The notes beneath the pieces are model-generated. The model did not search any database, was not told the DNA's origin, and saw only the letters and a program-made list of their open reading frames with translations. From Mustelus asterias (taxonomy: Eukaryota), in the NCBI RefSeq assembly GCF_964213995.1, contig NC_135830.1:8866001-8930000 (forward strand): a stretch of 64,000 nt of DNA, written 5' to 3'. The stretch's first letter is position 1, and each line of letters opens with the position of its first letter. Positions 63,123-64,000 of this stretch are shown here, piece by piece. The position numbers and the translations under genes were made by a program.

Positions 63123-64000
63123 TAGGGTAGCACAGTGGCACATCAGTTAAGACTGCTGCCTCAAGGCGCCAGGGTCCCAGGTTCGATTCCCAGTATGGAT
63201 CACTGTCTGCGCGGAGTCTGCATCTTCTACCCGTGTCTGCATGGGTTTCCTCCGGGTGCGCCGGTCTCCTCCCACAGTCTGAAAGACATGCTGGCATCAC
63301 CCTCAAATGCTTTGTGTGAAATAAGAAACGTTTTTTTTGACGCACTGACAGGAAATTTCGATTTTGACACCAGCACTTATTCGCATCTCGTTCAGTCTAC
63401 AGCAGAATTTAATGGGTTTATAGGTGCAGACTAATATGGTTAATCAGCATCTGAAATATCTGACAGTAGTGTGTGCTCAAAAAGACAGATACAAGTCATA
63501 CTGCAAGTGAACTAGAGGAAATGACGCACATTTCACACAAGATCTATTTTTAAATCGTTTTTCATCACTGAGAAACAGGAAAAGCCACTCAGAAAGATGA
63601 GAGAATCGAGGCTCAGTGCGGATCGACTGGACTTTCCGGTAAAGGTCCGGAAGTTATGCGCCTAAATGTTTCAGGCCCATAATTAAAAGGCTCAAGTGTC
63701 ACGAACAGATAATTCTTGATTTTTCTCCATTTAAATGCAGTTGACTTTGTTTAAAAGCTGACCATAGTCAATCTCAAATTTGCGATCTGTATTTCCCGGT
63801 GATTCGATTCGTTCTGTTGGGCAGTTTTGTTTGCAATTCAGTGATGTTCAATTCATAATGAAGACATATATGTTAAATAACGCATTGATATTATATATTG
63901 AAACAAATACTGTGTACAATTGTACAATAAGCTTTGATAAAGTGTTATCTGGACTCTAAACGTCCGCCCTTTTCGCTCCTTACAGGTGCTGCCAGACATT

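Larger units (their letters stand above)
28040..64000 (+). repeat. Tandem tRNA-Val gene array (decayed edge ~28-35 kb; homogenised ~1.22/1.46-kb units from ~35 kb to the window end)
   Basis: Unit anchors at 35290, 36752, 38214, 39676, 40880, 42346, 43567, 45029, 46249, 47470, 48932, 50394, 51598, 53064, 54285, 55751, 56972, 58434, 59654, 60875, 62337, 63799. Confidence 0.97.

Noticed and set aside
35290-63434. Repeated ORFs (MIRFVLL.., MFLPGFEPGTFRV.., MNFDVRDK.., MRQKKRF.., MAQQLRLL..) as a tandem protein family
   Set aside because: They are translations of the tRNA (antisense), SINE and spacer; several use non-ATG starts, and they are freely broken by indels between units
35000-64000. CRISPR-like array
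   Set aside because: Eukaryotic DNA with kb-scale units, no unique spacers and no cas genes

Overview
This is vertebrate genomic DNA, almost certainly from a shark or other elasmobranch (HE1-type tRNA-derived SINEs, abundant CR1-clade and Rex1-type LINE fragments, Penelope-like 3' remnants). I found no intact protein-coding gene. Bases 1-15 kb are mostly decayed retroelements and minisatellites. Bases 15-27 kb hold three germline T-cell-receptor alpha/delta-type V pseudogenes (leader exon, intron, V exon, 23-bp RSS; all + strand), interspersed with tRNA genes. These include an otherwise perfect tRNA-Pro(AGG) with an 18-nt intron and a tRNA-Arg(ACG). From ~28 kb to the window end lies a tandem tRNA-Val array: decayed, LINE-interrupted units at the edge, then 21+ homogenised units (~1.22 kb short, ~1.46 kb long) in a 10,718-bp higher-order repeat. 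Units from ~30.6 kb onward also carry a Penelope-derived minimal hammerhead-ribozyme-like motif with a compensatory U3-A8 core, largely decayed. Long units carry a tRNA-Val-pseudogene::SINE fusion cassette. All coordinates were read by eye and no searches were run.
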